A DNA stretch of 64,000 nt from Balanoglossus misakiensis (GCA_040954595.2 CM082597.2:372001-436000), one strand, 5' to 3'. Counted from the first letter of the stretch, positions 28,201 to 43,900 are shown. The notes: generated from the letters alone by a model not told the origin. Numbers and translations are program-made.

Positions 28201-31200
28201 TAATGTCCTATCAACAGCAGCGCACTATGCATTAACGAAGGCTATGTGAACGAGACTAGTGTGTATTTAGAGCTGGCTTCAAACCCAACAACGGCATAAA
28301 CCATTTAATGTGAACCACACAATACAGAACACACAGAATCTGCTCAAGCATAATTCACCATTTGTGTTGTATTCAAAAATAAAATGACACAATCCACCTG
28401 TTAGATTTAATCTTGTATGAAATTTTGGGTGAACATTGTTTACAAAGCTGCAGCCAGGCACACTATACTCTATGAGCAAAAACACACACACCTGTTATTT
28501 TTTTCATTCACTGATGTACACACACATCTCATTCATGGATTTAATGAGAAAAACGGTAGGAATTGTTTGCTTGGTTTTGAAAAGCAACACTGCAGACACC
28601 AGGTATGGCTCGCTATACATGGATTGGATAATATAGAAAACAATGTGTTCATAGGAAAACAGAGCTTCCATTGGGGGGCACGGAAAAGAGCAATAGCAAT
28701 CTGTTAATTGATTCTCTTGCATTAAAAGCAGCACCCTGCAAAGTCCTTTCTCGCTTTTCTTATTCCTTTCTGAATATTTATTGGAAATTAAAGTGCACAC
28801 ACAGCACTTTTCCCTGCTTCAAATCCAAAGCAGGACTAAGGTAATTCACTGAAATCCATTTACATTCCCGCAGCCATGGCAACGAAAGATAAGATGAAGA
28901 TGGAGTGTCTTGGCAAGGATGTCTGAACTTTTAAGAAATACAATGCCTTCAGGGATCCATCCATCAAACGTCGCTTTATTTCTTTTTTGTGTCCAGAAGG
29001 GACAGTCCATTTTCATCAGAATCAAATATTCATTTGTCGTTTGGGAAATTTGTGAAAAACAAACACTGGCACTGTTGCCCTAGGGGAATAGCAAGAGTCA
29101 AATTGAAGATTGTAAAGTTTGTTAGGTATAATCACCATATTTCAGAAGACAATTATCTATTATTTACCATCTGTTTACGGTGCCAAATATTTGCACTTTG
29201 CTTTGCAAATGGCTGGCACAGTTTATTCTGGTTGATTCAAAGCATTTTGTATGGAAAGTATTTCCCCCAGATCCTTAAATTAGTCAACCTGGATAACACA
29301 TGAAAAACAAAAACGTGCAAGTCAGCTTGAAATCTAGCTGCCAACAGGGATTCACACTTTCTGTAAATTACACTAAGAAACCCATTCAGTTTAATAGAAC
29401 CCACACACCTGTCTTGAATCAGGTGTGTGGGCATTAAAACCGTGATGTGTTTTTAAGACTTTGGTCCAAGTCAAATCAGGTCAAGGCTTCAGCGTCTTAA
29501 AGGAGATCCACAAGACATAAGTCTTACTTTAGTTGAAATCAGATTCAGAATGCTTTCAGAGCAATGATGTCAGGGCAGGTTTGTCTAAATGATGATGGAT
29601 AACTTTGTTAGTTCAATCCTCTCTGGAGATGAATCTGAAAAGCGTGTATGTTACTCACTTTAGCCTACATTTTGGACTCAACTAAATCAACAAATGGCAA
29701 CAGAATGTTAAACATTTGCCGGTCGGACCAAAAGAGTTTATTTTCATTTCATCAAATTCAGAGAGTTTCTTGAGCGAAATCTGAAAGATCCTGATAATTT
29801 CTTTGCAAGATTGTTCCAGAGTGCAAGTGCACATCAGCAGATTGATGCGAGTCGGTCAGTCAATACACAGACATATAAACAGATACAACAGTCATTCAAA
29901 CTTGTAAAACTAACGAAGTATAAAACAATCCCATCTCCACAAAGATTAAAACAAGTCACACCTTAATTGTCTGAGTAAAAAAAGTTGAAGGCAGCTGACG
30001 ACAGACTGTCTTTCGAATTCCTTCTACATCAGAACACTGTGTTAGCTGTCAGCTTAAATTAGATGGCTTGGATAAAGTCACCCAACTCAATACTGACATA
30101 TGTTGTAGATGGCCTTGTCTTGATTGTATCAAATCTTTGCGGCCTAGATTGATTTTGACAGAATTGTGTGTCCACAAAGATATGAATACTAAAATTGTGA
30201 GAGATTTTCTGTAACGAGAAAGAGTCATTTTTGGCTGGGAATTGTCATGAAATATATCTACTTCTAACTGATGCTTAAAATCAGAACTACATGAACACAA
30301 CAGTTAGGCTGGTCGTATCTTCATCTCATACAAGCTGTTTAATTTTGGTTGACCAGGTCATGTGACCAGTGTGATTATCAAACGTAAGTCAATACTTTCT
30401 TTCCTAATATTCTGCACAGACAAGAAATATAGATTGCGATGTCATCCACAGACCTCATCACTGTCATTCACCATCAGGTAATATTATAACACTTCAGCTC
30501 TACCTTGCCTTGCCTACCACGGATGCATCTTTGGAACCTTTCAATATTTTATCCTGTCTTAAGTTGCAGTGCCAATAGCTAAATACTAAAACCTTCTTAC
30601 ATCTCTTTGTCCAGCCTCGCCCCTTTCATCTGTACTTTGCTGATGAATAACCTATCAGTTCATTCATATCAGCCAATTCATATCTGGGTAGTACTTTTTT
30701 TGCTCGTGGCAAAATACAACATTAAGAGAATTGATATCGCATTCGCAGCATGTTTTTTACCCTTTATTTCTGCAAGCTTCTCTGGATTGCCTTTCCTGAT
30801 ATTAATATCTCAGATATTTTTTATTCTTTTAATCAGTACCATCCTTCCTATCTCATGTATCCATGGTAACAACACAAAACTGATATTTGATATCTCTACA
30901 TATGATACTTAATAATAGTTTTCAGTATCTTGGGGAAGAAATTCATTTTGGCTCTAAGGTAGATAAAATTCCACATTAAAATATCCTACCTCTTATTTTT
31001 AATATTGTCATTTTCTAATTTACATAAAGATGTATTTTCATCCCCGGTACATGTCATAGTTGATAGTATTTCATATAATGAAATACAATCTACAACTGTG
31101 TATGTTGGAGACTTGTATTACATAATATCATTTCATTTCAGTCTTTCCTGTTTTTTTCATCTTCTTTTCCTGTTTGCGTATATCAGTTACCATGGCAATG

Positions 31201-34200
31201 ACACCCATATGACATCGGGTATCGCATGTCAACTATACCATGTGCATCATGATCACAGAATAGCAGTTTTGACATGCCTGCAATTATCAAGCAAATCTTG
31301 GTAACTTACCTGAGGGAGTGTTACCATGACAGCAATGAAAGAAAATGGTCTAAAATATTTGCATCACGTCAGAACGAGATGTAAATGTCACAAACACTTG
31401 TGCACATTATCACTTATTGCGTAGTAAAACCAATTCCTTTCAAAATATGCCTGTAGGCTGAATTCATGGTAGAATCGAACACGGAGATGTGTGAAAGCAA
31501 TCCACAAATTATTCTGGCAGTTTTCATGCAAGAGGCAACAAGCTAGATGCATCATGCTGATTGCAGATCTTGCTTCAACACCATTCGAAGTTGAACCAGT
31601 AAAACGCAAGAAATATGAATATGCAAACATGTAAAAATGAACAAACTTGCTTTGTAATTTAATCAAATCCATCGACGTTATAATAAATGAATATGCATAG
31701 AGTTGGTTCGCAATTTAATCTATATCCAGAGTTAAATGAATTTGGCAGCAAATCGTTCATCAGAGTTTCTTATAACGAAGTCATAAGTCATAACAAGGAA
31801 ATTTCCAGTTGTTTTCCGGGCCTTGCCAAATTCCCGGAATGCTGCAGGCTACGACTCACACCGTCAATTCTCCATTAATGGACACTTTTACACTTGGCAT
31901 ATTAAACACACAGACACAGCTCCAGAAGATACCGGAAACGAGATATCAGCCATGCTAGCAACATCTATCAATATATGACTCGTATCAAGAGATTTCCACT
32001 TTAAATCCTACTTTGAGAAACAGTCAACTTATTTTGTATGGCCAGGCAAACAGGATGTTTGAGATGGCAATGGTGATATTACAGTAAATCTGTAAGCACG
32101 TATGAGAAATTGAAAAGGACTGCCAATTCATCACATGGAGTTATCCCACACTTTACAGACATGACACACATACTTCACACAAATGACATTAGACTATACA
32201 CTGTCAGCCATCTTGTAGATATCGGCGGCCATCTTGTTTTCATCTTTTCAATATTTCAAATAAATTTAATACCAACGTCATTGATCCAGAGTCATGATTC
32301 ATTATTCCTACTTTCTTGACTTCATGTATTTTCAAGAGATAAAATTTGCATCCCTCAAATTTATAGATTTAATATGTTAACGTCGACATTCTGTGCTGAA
32401 TGTTCGCCTGCATAATCGACGAAAACACCACGGGCAAAAGTCATGAATACCACACATTCATTTCACTTTAATCATCTTTCTGACAAAAGACTTGGGATGA
32501 GAAAAGATAAGAAATCACCATGGTGACAGAAGAAACATCAATTATTACAGCTCGATCATTCCAAACATTGACATGATATCGGTTTGACCAATTGCACAAA
32601 CAACACGCACACCACATTTGAATGTGGAGGGCATAAATTGGATATGAAAGTTGGGGTCATTGCAGACAAAATAATTGTTATTTCTCCACACAGGCCAGAG
32701 CCAAAACCTATCTGGACATTATACATTGCCAGTGTGTTGTACTCATCAAAACCATCTTCATTAAAATTCCAAACCCTGCTGTCCACGTGAAAGTCTATTA
32801 AAACAAGCCATCTTTTCTACTTGACTTGGAAACTTACAAATTGCACTCCAATGGAAACAGCTTTCAGACTAACATCACCATGGAAACATTTAGAATGTCA
32901 GAATGATGTTTTATCACTGATCTCTGGGGAATATAATTTCAGACATAACTTTCAAAGAATATCTCATATTGGAAGAATTGTTCAAAATACATTGCAACCC
33001 TGTGTGTCAAGTGAAATGGATTTCTTACATCAGAGGTTAAAGATCACAGCTGTATATCACATGTGCACTACTCACTATCTTCATTCAAAATCTTTGCAGA
33101 TAGTTCACATCAATTCTATTCAGCATGATTCACTCACGACAAAAAATGTACAGTTTCCATGGTGATGAGTCATAGCTTTCATGTGGATTGTGCGTTTTCT
33201 CTTTCTGGCATGATGGATCCTTTTTTTTGCCTTCGTAATAAATCTCAGTATTCTTATCAATCTTTTTGGGGAAATTGCAGATCAAGATTCTCAGACGGTT
33301 TTTATCAAGAGTCAGAGTTCACCACAAATCCTAGAATGTGATCCTGATTTGATCAAATCGCAGACAGAATAAGTGAAGGTGTGTCGCTGATCACTTAGAG
33401 TCTAAATATGTCTACAGTGTAGATATAACACAGACTCAGCCGAGTTTATAAATTGAAGTAAATCTGTCACTATTGCTGACAATATCAAACACATTATAAC
33501 CTATCATTATGTCCACACTTACAGTAAAGATACTTGGGCACGCTGGCTTCTACTCGACAGAACTGCGCAAAAAACAGTGTTACCGCATTGTAGCAACCAT
33601 TTCTTAATGCTAATTCTTTACAAATTATTAATTACATATAAAACTGCTAGCTGCCAAATTGCATGCTTGCTTCAACAGTCTCTACTGACTTCAGACTGAA
33701 AGGTAAAATTGTCAGCAAGAGAAACAGGAATTTAGGAAATGAAAGTTATTGTGCAATAAACCAACAACATGCTGCGTATAAAGACATAAATTCAGATTCT
33801 TGCTGTGAAGAATATTAAGAAAGTCGGCCACTTAGTTACGATGACATCAACTGAAATGAACACGTCCCATTATTAGGTTTCCATGGTAATTCTACTGACA
33901 GCCTGTATGCAATGCATAACGCTGTATTCATTTCTATTGCAAGGATAACCATTACATTTTTCACTGCACAGGAAAAACAATCAATAAATGTACAGTTACG
34001 TAAGGAAATTGACATAATTTTAACGCTGGGAATTTTACCTTTAAAAGTCTTTTAACCACTTATTTCATTGTGAATGATTGACAGCTGTCAAAATGTACAC
34101 ATTTAGTAACTTGTAAGATAAAATTGAAGTAAAAGTATATACTTATTTGTACTCAATTAGAAACATGTTGATACATTGTAGCATAACCTTTTCTTTTCAT

Positions 34201-37200
34201 ATATTCTAAACCTTTCCATAACTTCCATTTATGGAAAACTCACCAACAGTCTTTCTGAGATATTAAACTTCATATGAACATAGAGGCTGAAGTAAAATTA
34301 GAGAGAGGAATTATTTTCTCACTTAAATGTTTGTAGATGAACCCATTAGATATATTGTATTGTGTACTGTGTCATCCTACTGTGCAAAAATACTTCAATA
34401 AAAGGATATATTTCAATGTTACTGATTGATGTAAAATTTGACAGGAAACAATACAGTTGTAAATCTACTATATTTGTGACAGACTACTATTAAACCAGGC
34501 CACACTTAGAGTCTGATCTCAATCGCTCCAACTTTAAATTGCACAGGGACAACTACTCATTTGTACACAATGAAATTAAAACCACATATTACCATATCAC
34601 TGCCAGAATAAATCATATTTCTTCAAAAATTTACCACCACTAAAAGCCAATCCCCATGCAATGAGCACAGTGGATGGTTTGAAACCCTTCCCTGAATTAA
34701 TTCAGAGAGTTTGTGATGGTGAGATGAAGATGAGATCAGTGTCTAATTCTGTTTTATGATACAATGTATCAAGCAAACTCATGTGACAGTGTCATTTAAT
34801 CACATTGTGTCTATTTCACTTACTTTGATACATTATTGCTACATTGACTCAATTAATTGTCCATTTCAGTATTCTACTCTGTGTCCATTTTTCAATTACA
34901 ATCTGGACTCACACTGCTAATAATCTCATAATTCACGCAACTGATAAGAAAACTGTCAATTCCACAAACACCTACGTAGTAGATTTGATTATCAATTTTC
35001 TACGCTTTCAACATTTACTGATTACTTTTATCGTTACTGCATGAAAAATCATGGTAATTGAGTGGTCAAAACTTTAAAATACTTTCTGAAAGTTGCTGTC
35101 CCCGTTCACCACTTTTCGTACCATCAATTGTCCTCTATAAATCAGTCAAGAATGCAAAAGTTTAAACATCTGTGATGTGCATCACATGTATCCATGTTTT
35201 TGTTCTCCGTAAATCACTGTTCAATCGAAGAGCTCATTTTGTATAGAAACAGATCAATACATGATAATTTTACTTAATTGGAGTCTATTGTTATCAGACC
35301 TGGTTTACCAAACATATTAAAAACTATAATAAACTTGAAATTGTTAATTGTGCTCAAATGAAAATAGGCAGTTCAAGTTCTGTTAGTTTACATTGACATA
35401 TTCTCGTTGATTATGACATTTCCAATAATTTCTACTTCAATTAGCAAAAACAATGAATAGTGTATAATTAAAACTTTGTCATTAATTAGAGCAAACTCAC
35501 ATCTGTTTAAATTCACTGAATTACAATGAAAATTGATTAACATTCTCTGTACGCTGGCAACTTGGTGTATAAGGATTCTGAGTACATGTACAATGTACAC
35601 AGTTGTTCTTGTCAATGAGGTAAGGTTGTAATCATGGCTTTACCCCTCGCTAAGTTGCATGCACTCAATGCATGTACATTGTAATCCATGCTAAAACACA
35701 TTCTGTCTGTGTTTTTAATAACTCCATGTAACCTGAGCAGAAGTTCCTGTAATCTGTTGTATGAATGAGTAGACGGATCAATCAGTTGCAGCCAAGGTGT
35801 ACATCCATCATTGTAACATCTTGTTTTCGGATAGGGATTTAGTCTTTTGCTTTCATCAATCATGAAATATGATGCATATTTACAAATGATGTCTCTGCAT
35901 CCAATCCCACCATGTATCAAGATATCCATATCCAAAGCTCTCATAATTTATTTTTTGACATAAATCCAGAATTATCCAAGCTATTTATGAATACCTGGCA
36001 CTGCGATAATGGCCAATTAAGGCTTGCGTCTAATACAGAAAATGCGACATGATGTTATTAAATATATAGACTACTGACAGTTAAAACACAGATGTTTGCC
36101 TGTATATTAATATCATTATTAATAGAAATTGACAAATCTTGAACAGAGATGAATTTGTATCAGAATAATAACATGTCATGACGGTACACTGCCATAACAG
36201 TATGACAAGTCTGCACGTATACACAGTGCTTCATAAATGGTGCAGTGTTTCGCAAATCACGTAGCAATCTCAGGGTGAAGCATAGGTAATCTAACAGCAT
36301 TTATCGACTACAAGGGGTCAGTGTGTACACGAAGGTTACATCAATGCTGCATGGCTGTAGTACTTAGAAACCATACAACTTTTTGTTTCTAAGTTACCTG
36401 TTCAGACTCAACAAATACAGACACTATCGCAAAACAAACAAAAGCTATGTAATCCAAAGTACCATTTAGCAAACTATTGCAATCAAATTAAAAGCTATTA
36501 AGGAATAACTCCAAGTTCCACGTTTTAAAGATTAAAATTCCAACCAAATACTTCAATTTGTCATCAATTGATTCAATAAATCAACTGCAAGCAAATGACT
36601 TGAAACTAAACATAGACAAAACACACAATGATCAGAGAAGTTTATCAAAACTTTTGCTCCCACAATCTAAAAGTTCCATTCGCAAAGACTCCATCGTTGT
36701 GAATATGAACACGTCAGAAGGCTTAATTTGTATTTACATGTATCAGTCTGGGAAATCAGATGAGTTTGTCAATTTCTGTGACAAATAATTATTACATCAA
36801 AGTGTTATCAAAGATATACATGCTTAATCTATATGCATTCAGGTCGAAGTACAGATAAAATTCAGATAAATTTCCTTTACTTATCTGACCACCTGTTAAG
36901 TATTCTAAACTCACATAAACGGTAAATATTGAGCTGTTTTTGGCAGTGGTTGGCGGAGATCATATTTGCAAAGTGATCAATGTTTGCCTGGATGATTATC
37001 TTATTAGCCATCGCAAACTAGAAAATGTGCCATAATTTTAAATCATCTCAGAATAATTGAATGCACATCTTTTCTTGACAGTTCTAAACACAAATTACAT
37101 TTCAGCCTCATTTACAGTTATTATTACTCCCTTGAGAGTCTGAAACCTCGCACAGCAGATGAACTTTCATCAAATTCTGCTGACAAAGCACATTTATTCA

Positions 37201-37948
37201 TGAAAGTTTGATAGCAATCTGTTGGAGTGTGCCAAACTACACCATCAGAATGACAAATTTCCGGAGATGTCAATGACACAGCTTCAACTTGTAAATTTTA
37301 CCAACTTTCCAAAACAGACTGACTCTGAAGGGACTCGCATGTAACATGTTTCGCAAACAGTTTGGGGACGACACACACCATATCTTATCACTTCCCCACC
37401 ATAATTTCACCAACTACATCAATCTTTCTAAATCACTTCCCACTTCTGGAACTACCCACAATCCTTTGTAACACCATCATTGGCTGATAGACTTGCTACA
37501 GTGTCTGTTCCAATAATGTTACATCTTCTTTAATGAAAGTTGCCAACCTACTAAACTTATCATTTTCAGACCAAAAAACACTGATTTTTGACACAAAAAG
37601 ACATTTTATCGTAGCACTTTCTTGATATGAGTCTGATAAAGTAATAATATTTATGTCACAGAAACTGAAAATTCTGAGCTCATTTCAGACATGTTTATTT
37701 ACAACATAAACCTTAAATGATTTATCAACTGAAGTTGTACAAGGTGGACCAACCTACTAACAACGACAAAGAGGTCTGGCTATATAAAGCAGCACGACTT
37801 CCCTTATTGTGAGTACAACTATTAAGTCAACCGTTTACTACCTTCATATAGTTCATTAAATCAAGCAGAGAGAGGATGATAAGGGTTTGGACTGGGGAAT
37901 AGACTTCAGATAACTGTTACAATCTACTCCAACACATGTTTAACAGTT

Positions 37949-37965
37949 TGACCTGTCCGTGACCT
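37949..37965 (-). promoter_or_regulatory. Perfect DR5 (RARE-type) element
   Basis: TGACCT-GTCCG-TGACCT, which is AGGTCA n5 AGGTCA on the minus strand. Confidence 0.4.
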
Positions 37966-40900
37966 CCGTCTGAATTCCATGGTTACCAAGACTGAACAAT
38001 GCCATTAATATCTTGCTTAAATTTGTCTATGATCTTTTGCAAATATCTTTCATGTTTTGTTTTTAATATTAGTACAGATGATTAGAATGGCTGTATCACT
38101 GAACTCGAAAAACAGGCCAATCAATGGTGGTGTACAATCAAGCAATGCAACTTGCAAGCCATGCCAATCTCAGAGAATGTACTGTGTACGTGCTATAAAA
38201 TCAGCCAATCAATGACGCAGTACTGTACAGTGTACCGGGTATATGTTACACAATGCAAAATTAGGCCAATCAATGAGATTGTATTGAAAATGTGAGTTCA
38301 GAGTTGGTGCACGGTGGTTTTCAATAGCCTATGGAACACCCTGAGGCTATCAATCAACTCAACAAGATTTGTACAGCATTGTGACAGGCAATGTTTAAAC
38401 TTGAAATGACAAAAGCACCCTTGTCCACCTGCTGAGCTAGCTTTAATTACTCTAATAACAGGCTGATTGAAATGCAGAAGTATTCTTTTGGGAGGTCTAA
38501 TCTTACCATGGGTGTGAAAATCAATGAAGGTGTACTGATCATTGGAAAATGTCATGAATTTTGATGAAGGCGGCTTTTGTATACCAAAATGCTTTAGTCT
38601 GAAATTTCTGCCAGCCTATTACAAACTACAATGTCGATCACATCCTCTGTGTTACAATCCATCAATTCACGGCAAAAGTTCTACGCAGTCAAATGAAATT
38701 CTCTGAAATGAGAACGGCACATATTAATTGGAAAAAAACTGTACAATATCCAAGACTAGCTATCAAGTTAAAAAACGTCACCCTATACATCCTTTCTTGT
38801 AAATTTTAATCTTCACAGAAAGCCGCACACATCATAAAGCTGTCCTTTGGTCTGCCCGTAAATGAAACTGTATTTTGCTGACAACAACCGCGATTACACA
38901 GACTTAAGTGTTTTAAATCTCTTTTTGTCAACTCATCTAAATAGAAATTCGGAGACTTGTATTGTGGGTTAATACCTTCTTCATCAGTGCTTCCATTGAG
39001 AGCATTTCTTAATGAGTATTGATGACCCGCTAATTAAAAGCTAAGCCAGGTCTAAAAATGTTTGTTTCTTTGGAACAAAAGATTTTCAAAAGGAACAAGA
39101 AACACATTAGTTTAGGACTACCAACAACCATGTCAAAAGAAGAGGTACAAGTCAACCCTTACAATCAAGTCTGTGTCAGAATAAATGCAGTTGAAAGAAA
39201 AAACTTAGGCCATCATCATTTAACATCTATACCAGGGCAATTTTTAACGTCACTCATATACCATGCTGTTCTGTCATTTTGTATCATTTTATAGACGTTT
39301 ACCAGAATATCTCAACTACACCCGTAACATTGCCAGAATACTCATAGTGTGTCATACTTATTAAAATATGTGACTAATATTTAATTAATCTTGATCATGT
39401 TTTATCAAATTAATTTCCACTTTACGGTCAGAGTTCAAACCATCAGCTTGTCCACTCGGACCATCTCGATTATAATGTATCCATTATCTTGGTCTGAAAT
39501 CAAGTGTAGCAATTTGGTGATTAATTTATCAACCATTGGTCAGAAGTTAAAAAGGACATGTATTTAAATCGTTGATATTTTGAGTAACACACCAATGAGG
39601 CAGATGGGCCTACAGCAAAGTTACAGAAATTCTTACAAAGCCATAACATCGATATGAAACAGAGGGATTATGTGCAGGACATACGCTGTGCTGACCTCTG
39701 ACATTGACACATTTGCTAACCCTTGCGTCAATCAAACGATCTTAAAGGATGAAGGTAGATTGAATACGAGGCAACCTCCATCATGAAAGGGGCAAATTTT
39801 TCTGCAACCAGAAACTGTAAAATGTACAAGTGTACATGTATGTACATGTTCTTGTATCTTTTATTGACTTGTGGCCATGAATTGTTGCATCTGGAAGAAG
39901 TATTCTAACCAATTACAGCAATTCGCAATTTAATAGCCAATTAAAACAATCTAAGATTCAACCAATCAGATTTCACATTTCTGTAAACGGCCATTTCCCA
40001 TTACCTGCCATTTGTGCATTTCCTCACTTAGATACAATTCTAACTTAAACTGCAACATTCAGTAAATTGGCATATGGTAATTACAGAGATGGTGCATGCT
40101 GGGTAATGTGCCGTAGGAGAAAGCACTCTATGATTGAGGTATTAGTGTTAATGAAATCAGTATAGATTTTGATGCATGCTGGGAAATATCCCCAGGTATG
40201 AAGAGTGGAGATGATTGCTAATTTTGAGCAGAAAACCAACAAAACACACCGACCATAATAATATTATCAACTAATTTCCAAAAAGATGGAGTTGCTTCTA
40301 TTTTGAATGAATTTTCTGGCATCTGTTTGATATAATTTCACAGGTTCACGAACATTGCAAATGCAAAGTTTTGTAGCATTTTTTCTGGTTCAACACAGCA
40401 AAACAAACATTCCCCCTCCCTCCCAATGGGAATAACGATCATGCCACCAAGCTGGAATAAAATCTGAACTTGACTTTGTAAGATCAAAGCCAATCATGAT
40501 TGAGCTCTTGTCAAACGTTTGAAGTCAACCCAAAGGTGAGAGTGATGCCTTGTGGGAAATCAATACTCATACATACAAATCAGTCACAGTTTGACACAAA
40601 TATAATATCTGTTTGCTGAGACACTCCCATCTTCACAGTTGCCAAAGATTTCATTTGTGACAATCCTAAGATTAATATGCACTACACAATTTCAAAAAGT
40701 GTCATGGTCACCACTTGCTCATTTTATCAAACCTTGACTAAAAACATTGAAGATATTGGACTCAACATTGAGAGTTTTATTAGAACCGGTTGCCACGGCA
40801 ATGCCAAAACAAAGCCTGGAGGTATAAGGAGAGTGGCCAATGTTGAAACCAATGTAAATGGTTTTACAGGCAAACCGTTAATGGTATTTTGTAGTCAGGT

Positions 40901-43900
40901 GCAGGAACAAGCTACACCCGCCATTTTACAACAAATTACTGTATTTACTCACAGAGAAGGGGTTGAAATGTCTCCCTTCTCTGCAATTATGGTGTATTAG
41001 ACGACATGTACATATAATTCAGCTTTTGCATCTATTCACTGTAAGCTGCTGGTGTCCTACATGACCAAAATCGTAAAATCGGCAACGATTATTGATGGGA
41101 TTGTTGCCATGGAGATCATTTTTATTGCCCTGATGGTGATGGAGAGAATCAATCAGGGTGGCACTCTTTCAGAGAAACACAATAATTCATTATTTCACCT
41201 CAAATAATAAAACCCATAAAATATATACTTTGATGAATTTTGTCAGTGTGAATTCCAAATATAACAGCGGTCGTGCATTTGTGATCTTAATTAACTTACA
41301 AAATTATAGAGATACGCATCTAAACTCTGATGGTGTGTACACATATACTTCAAATCGATTCAAAATGCGAGAGTACATGTATGTGAGACAGTGGCAGGTC
41401 ATGCAATGATTGAAAAAAAATGACAGCTGTGCTTGTCAATTAGTACTGTCTGTAAAATGAACTGTTTAAACACAAAGCTAATACATTTACCCGACTAAAC
41501 ATGTGACGGTCTTCTTTATAAAAATACACAAAAGCTGAATATTTGAGATGATTGGTTGGGGCCACCTCTACAATAGACGCTAAGATTCTCTCTATACATT
41601 TGTGTCTTCCAGTTAATGACTGCACCAGACAGTCGTTACACTCTTCCCCGTTACCATGGCAATCACTGCATTCTCACAAAGCATGCTCCAGAGGCAAACA
41701 AAAACTAAGGATTGGGTAAGAGTGTCTGGTCGGCATGACAACAACCAAAACACAGCTGTCTGTGACAATCACGCATTTGATAGATCTTTTTTTCAAACAG
41801 ATATTCCAAATAACTCAAAGAATGAAGGCACACAGTAATGATACTCAGAGCTGATGTGGCACGTTTTATGAGCTGTGATAGTTACAATCTGTACTGAGAT
41901 GTCCACACAACTATTTCCATATGTGCACTCAACATTTCAAACTGATCATCACGAGTTTCAATCGTTTTCACACACGATAATATGAAACACATATAGTGCA
42001 TCAAAATGCAATATTTTCTGATGTCAAGAAAATGTGATGATCTCTACACTACAGTGTAAAGAGGAATGAGAAGTGAGATTTTTATCAGGAGTGCAAACTG
42101 TTACTAAACACTTACATACATGAACTATAGTCTGACTTGACACACACTGAAATCCAGATATTGACACATACGCACAGCTTTGCCTGACAACATTCCAATG
42201 AGTCATTCGATTGAAATACACTTCGTTTTGCTGCATTTTAAAACCATGTTCTTTCAAATGTGAAAAGAATTGACAAATTATCCAGCCAACGACAAAAAAA
42301 AACAGCAATACATGTATGTAGCTTAGCGGTTTCATGGTTGAGATGATATTGAAAATGTAACCAATAAGGCACACCGAAAGAATTTCATGAAGCATTAAGA
42401 AATTCTCAATAGGCGTAGAATTCATTTTTATCAAATGAAAAGTGTACAAAGTACCCATCCAGTCAGTTCCATACAGTGGTAATTTCCATAATGCATATTG
42501 TCCGTGTTCACAAATATCTGTATTGTAAATTATAAAAGTACACATTCTGGTATTATGAAAACATCTATTGAGTAAAGACATAATATAATCTATTTTTCAT
42601 CAAAGCTCATATGTTTATTCAAAATCCTTCAATATTCCCATCACTGCACCTTGTATGCCCCAATATGACTTCAATGATCATATAAAATGTCGAACAAAAC
42701 TTAATACCAACTCTTTTCCACTGAGAATACGTGTATCTGGTTAAAGAAATCCATCAATCCCTAACTCAATGATAAAAAGTATAATCTCTGACTCCCTAGA
42801 AAAACAGCGATGGCCAAGGACAAGATTAGAAGTTGCCATGATTATTATCCTACATTACAAACCCTAGAAGTTATATTAATCTCTCTTGCACAAAGCTAGA
42901 AATTATCCAATGTGTCCCCCCCCAACTCTAAGCAATCAATTGTACTACTACTTATGAAAATATGGAAACACCCTTTCCATTTATAGAATTCACATTCTGA
43001 AACTAAGATCTATATTTTATCTCTTTAAATACTGCACAGGAAGGAAAAAATTATCTGGGATGTTAAAATTGACAGTTTGTGAAAGAACACTGAATGGATT
43101 GAGATGAGCAGGCAATCCAAGCTTTTGTTAGCCGATACTTTACTTAAAAAATATGTCAGCCCATCCAACCACTTTCATTCAATTTGAAAACACACTGCGA
43201 GTTTCTCACACAAAAATAAAATCTCCCAGAACACTCAAAAACCCAAATAACAAACTTCCCTGCTGATAAAAATGACAGCCAGTCAATATCGATGACAGAT
43301 AAGTGGTGTCAATAAAGCCAACATTTTCATTTTCCCACGGAAAATCCATAATTTATAAAATGGACTCTAAGATAACACTAATACCAGGCAAAATGCATAT
43401 TTCTGTCACTACTGGACATGTCATTTTAATGAACACAGACATATTTTGTGCATACAGTCTATCTTATCAACCCTGACAGTGTTCAAGTGCCAATAAATTG
43501 TACATGTGACTTTTGAGTGCTTTGGGAATCCACACAGACTTGTGCAGGTCAATGTCACAATCAGTTAGCTGACAAAAAAGGACTACGTCAATACCTGAAT
43601 GTCAATAAACCTGTATTATAATAACCAAGTGTGAAATGACGCATCATGGTGTATATTGTTACATAACACACATGCATCCATAAATTACAATATCCAACCA
43701 ATCATCTCATGGCAAGATGTCTTATTTGCTACATAAATGATACAATGTATCATAACCAGGGCAGTATATTCTTTTAATGACTCATTTATTATGTATGTTT
43801 CTGATGTAATTTGATTTGATTTAATTAGTTTGTCAAGAGCAGTATATTCTGATAGTTGAACGCTTTTGCTACTGAATTGTATTATATTGTACATTATATA

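Noticed and set aside
38507-38555. ATG-led phase-1 mini exon MTFSNDQYTFIDFHTH/G with ATG|GTAAGA
   Set aside because: Not signal-like and no promoter evidence. Such donors occur by chance in 64 kb.
42024-42581. Longest ORF in the track (185 aa, minus strand)
   Set aside because: Composition is typical of random AT-rich DNA (rich in C/H/I/F/Y), with no recognisable domain and no convincing splice context.
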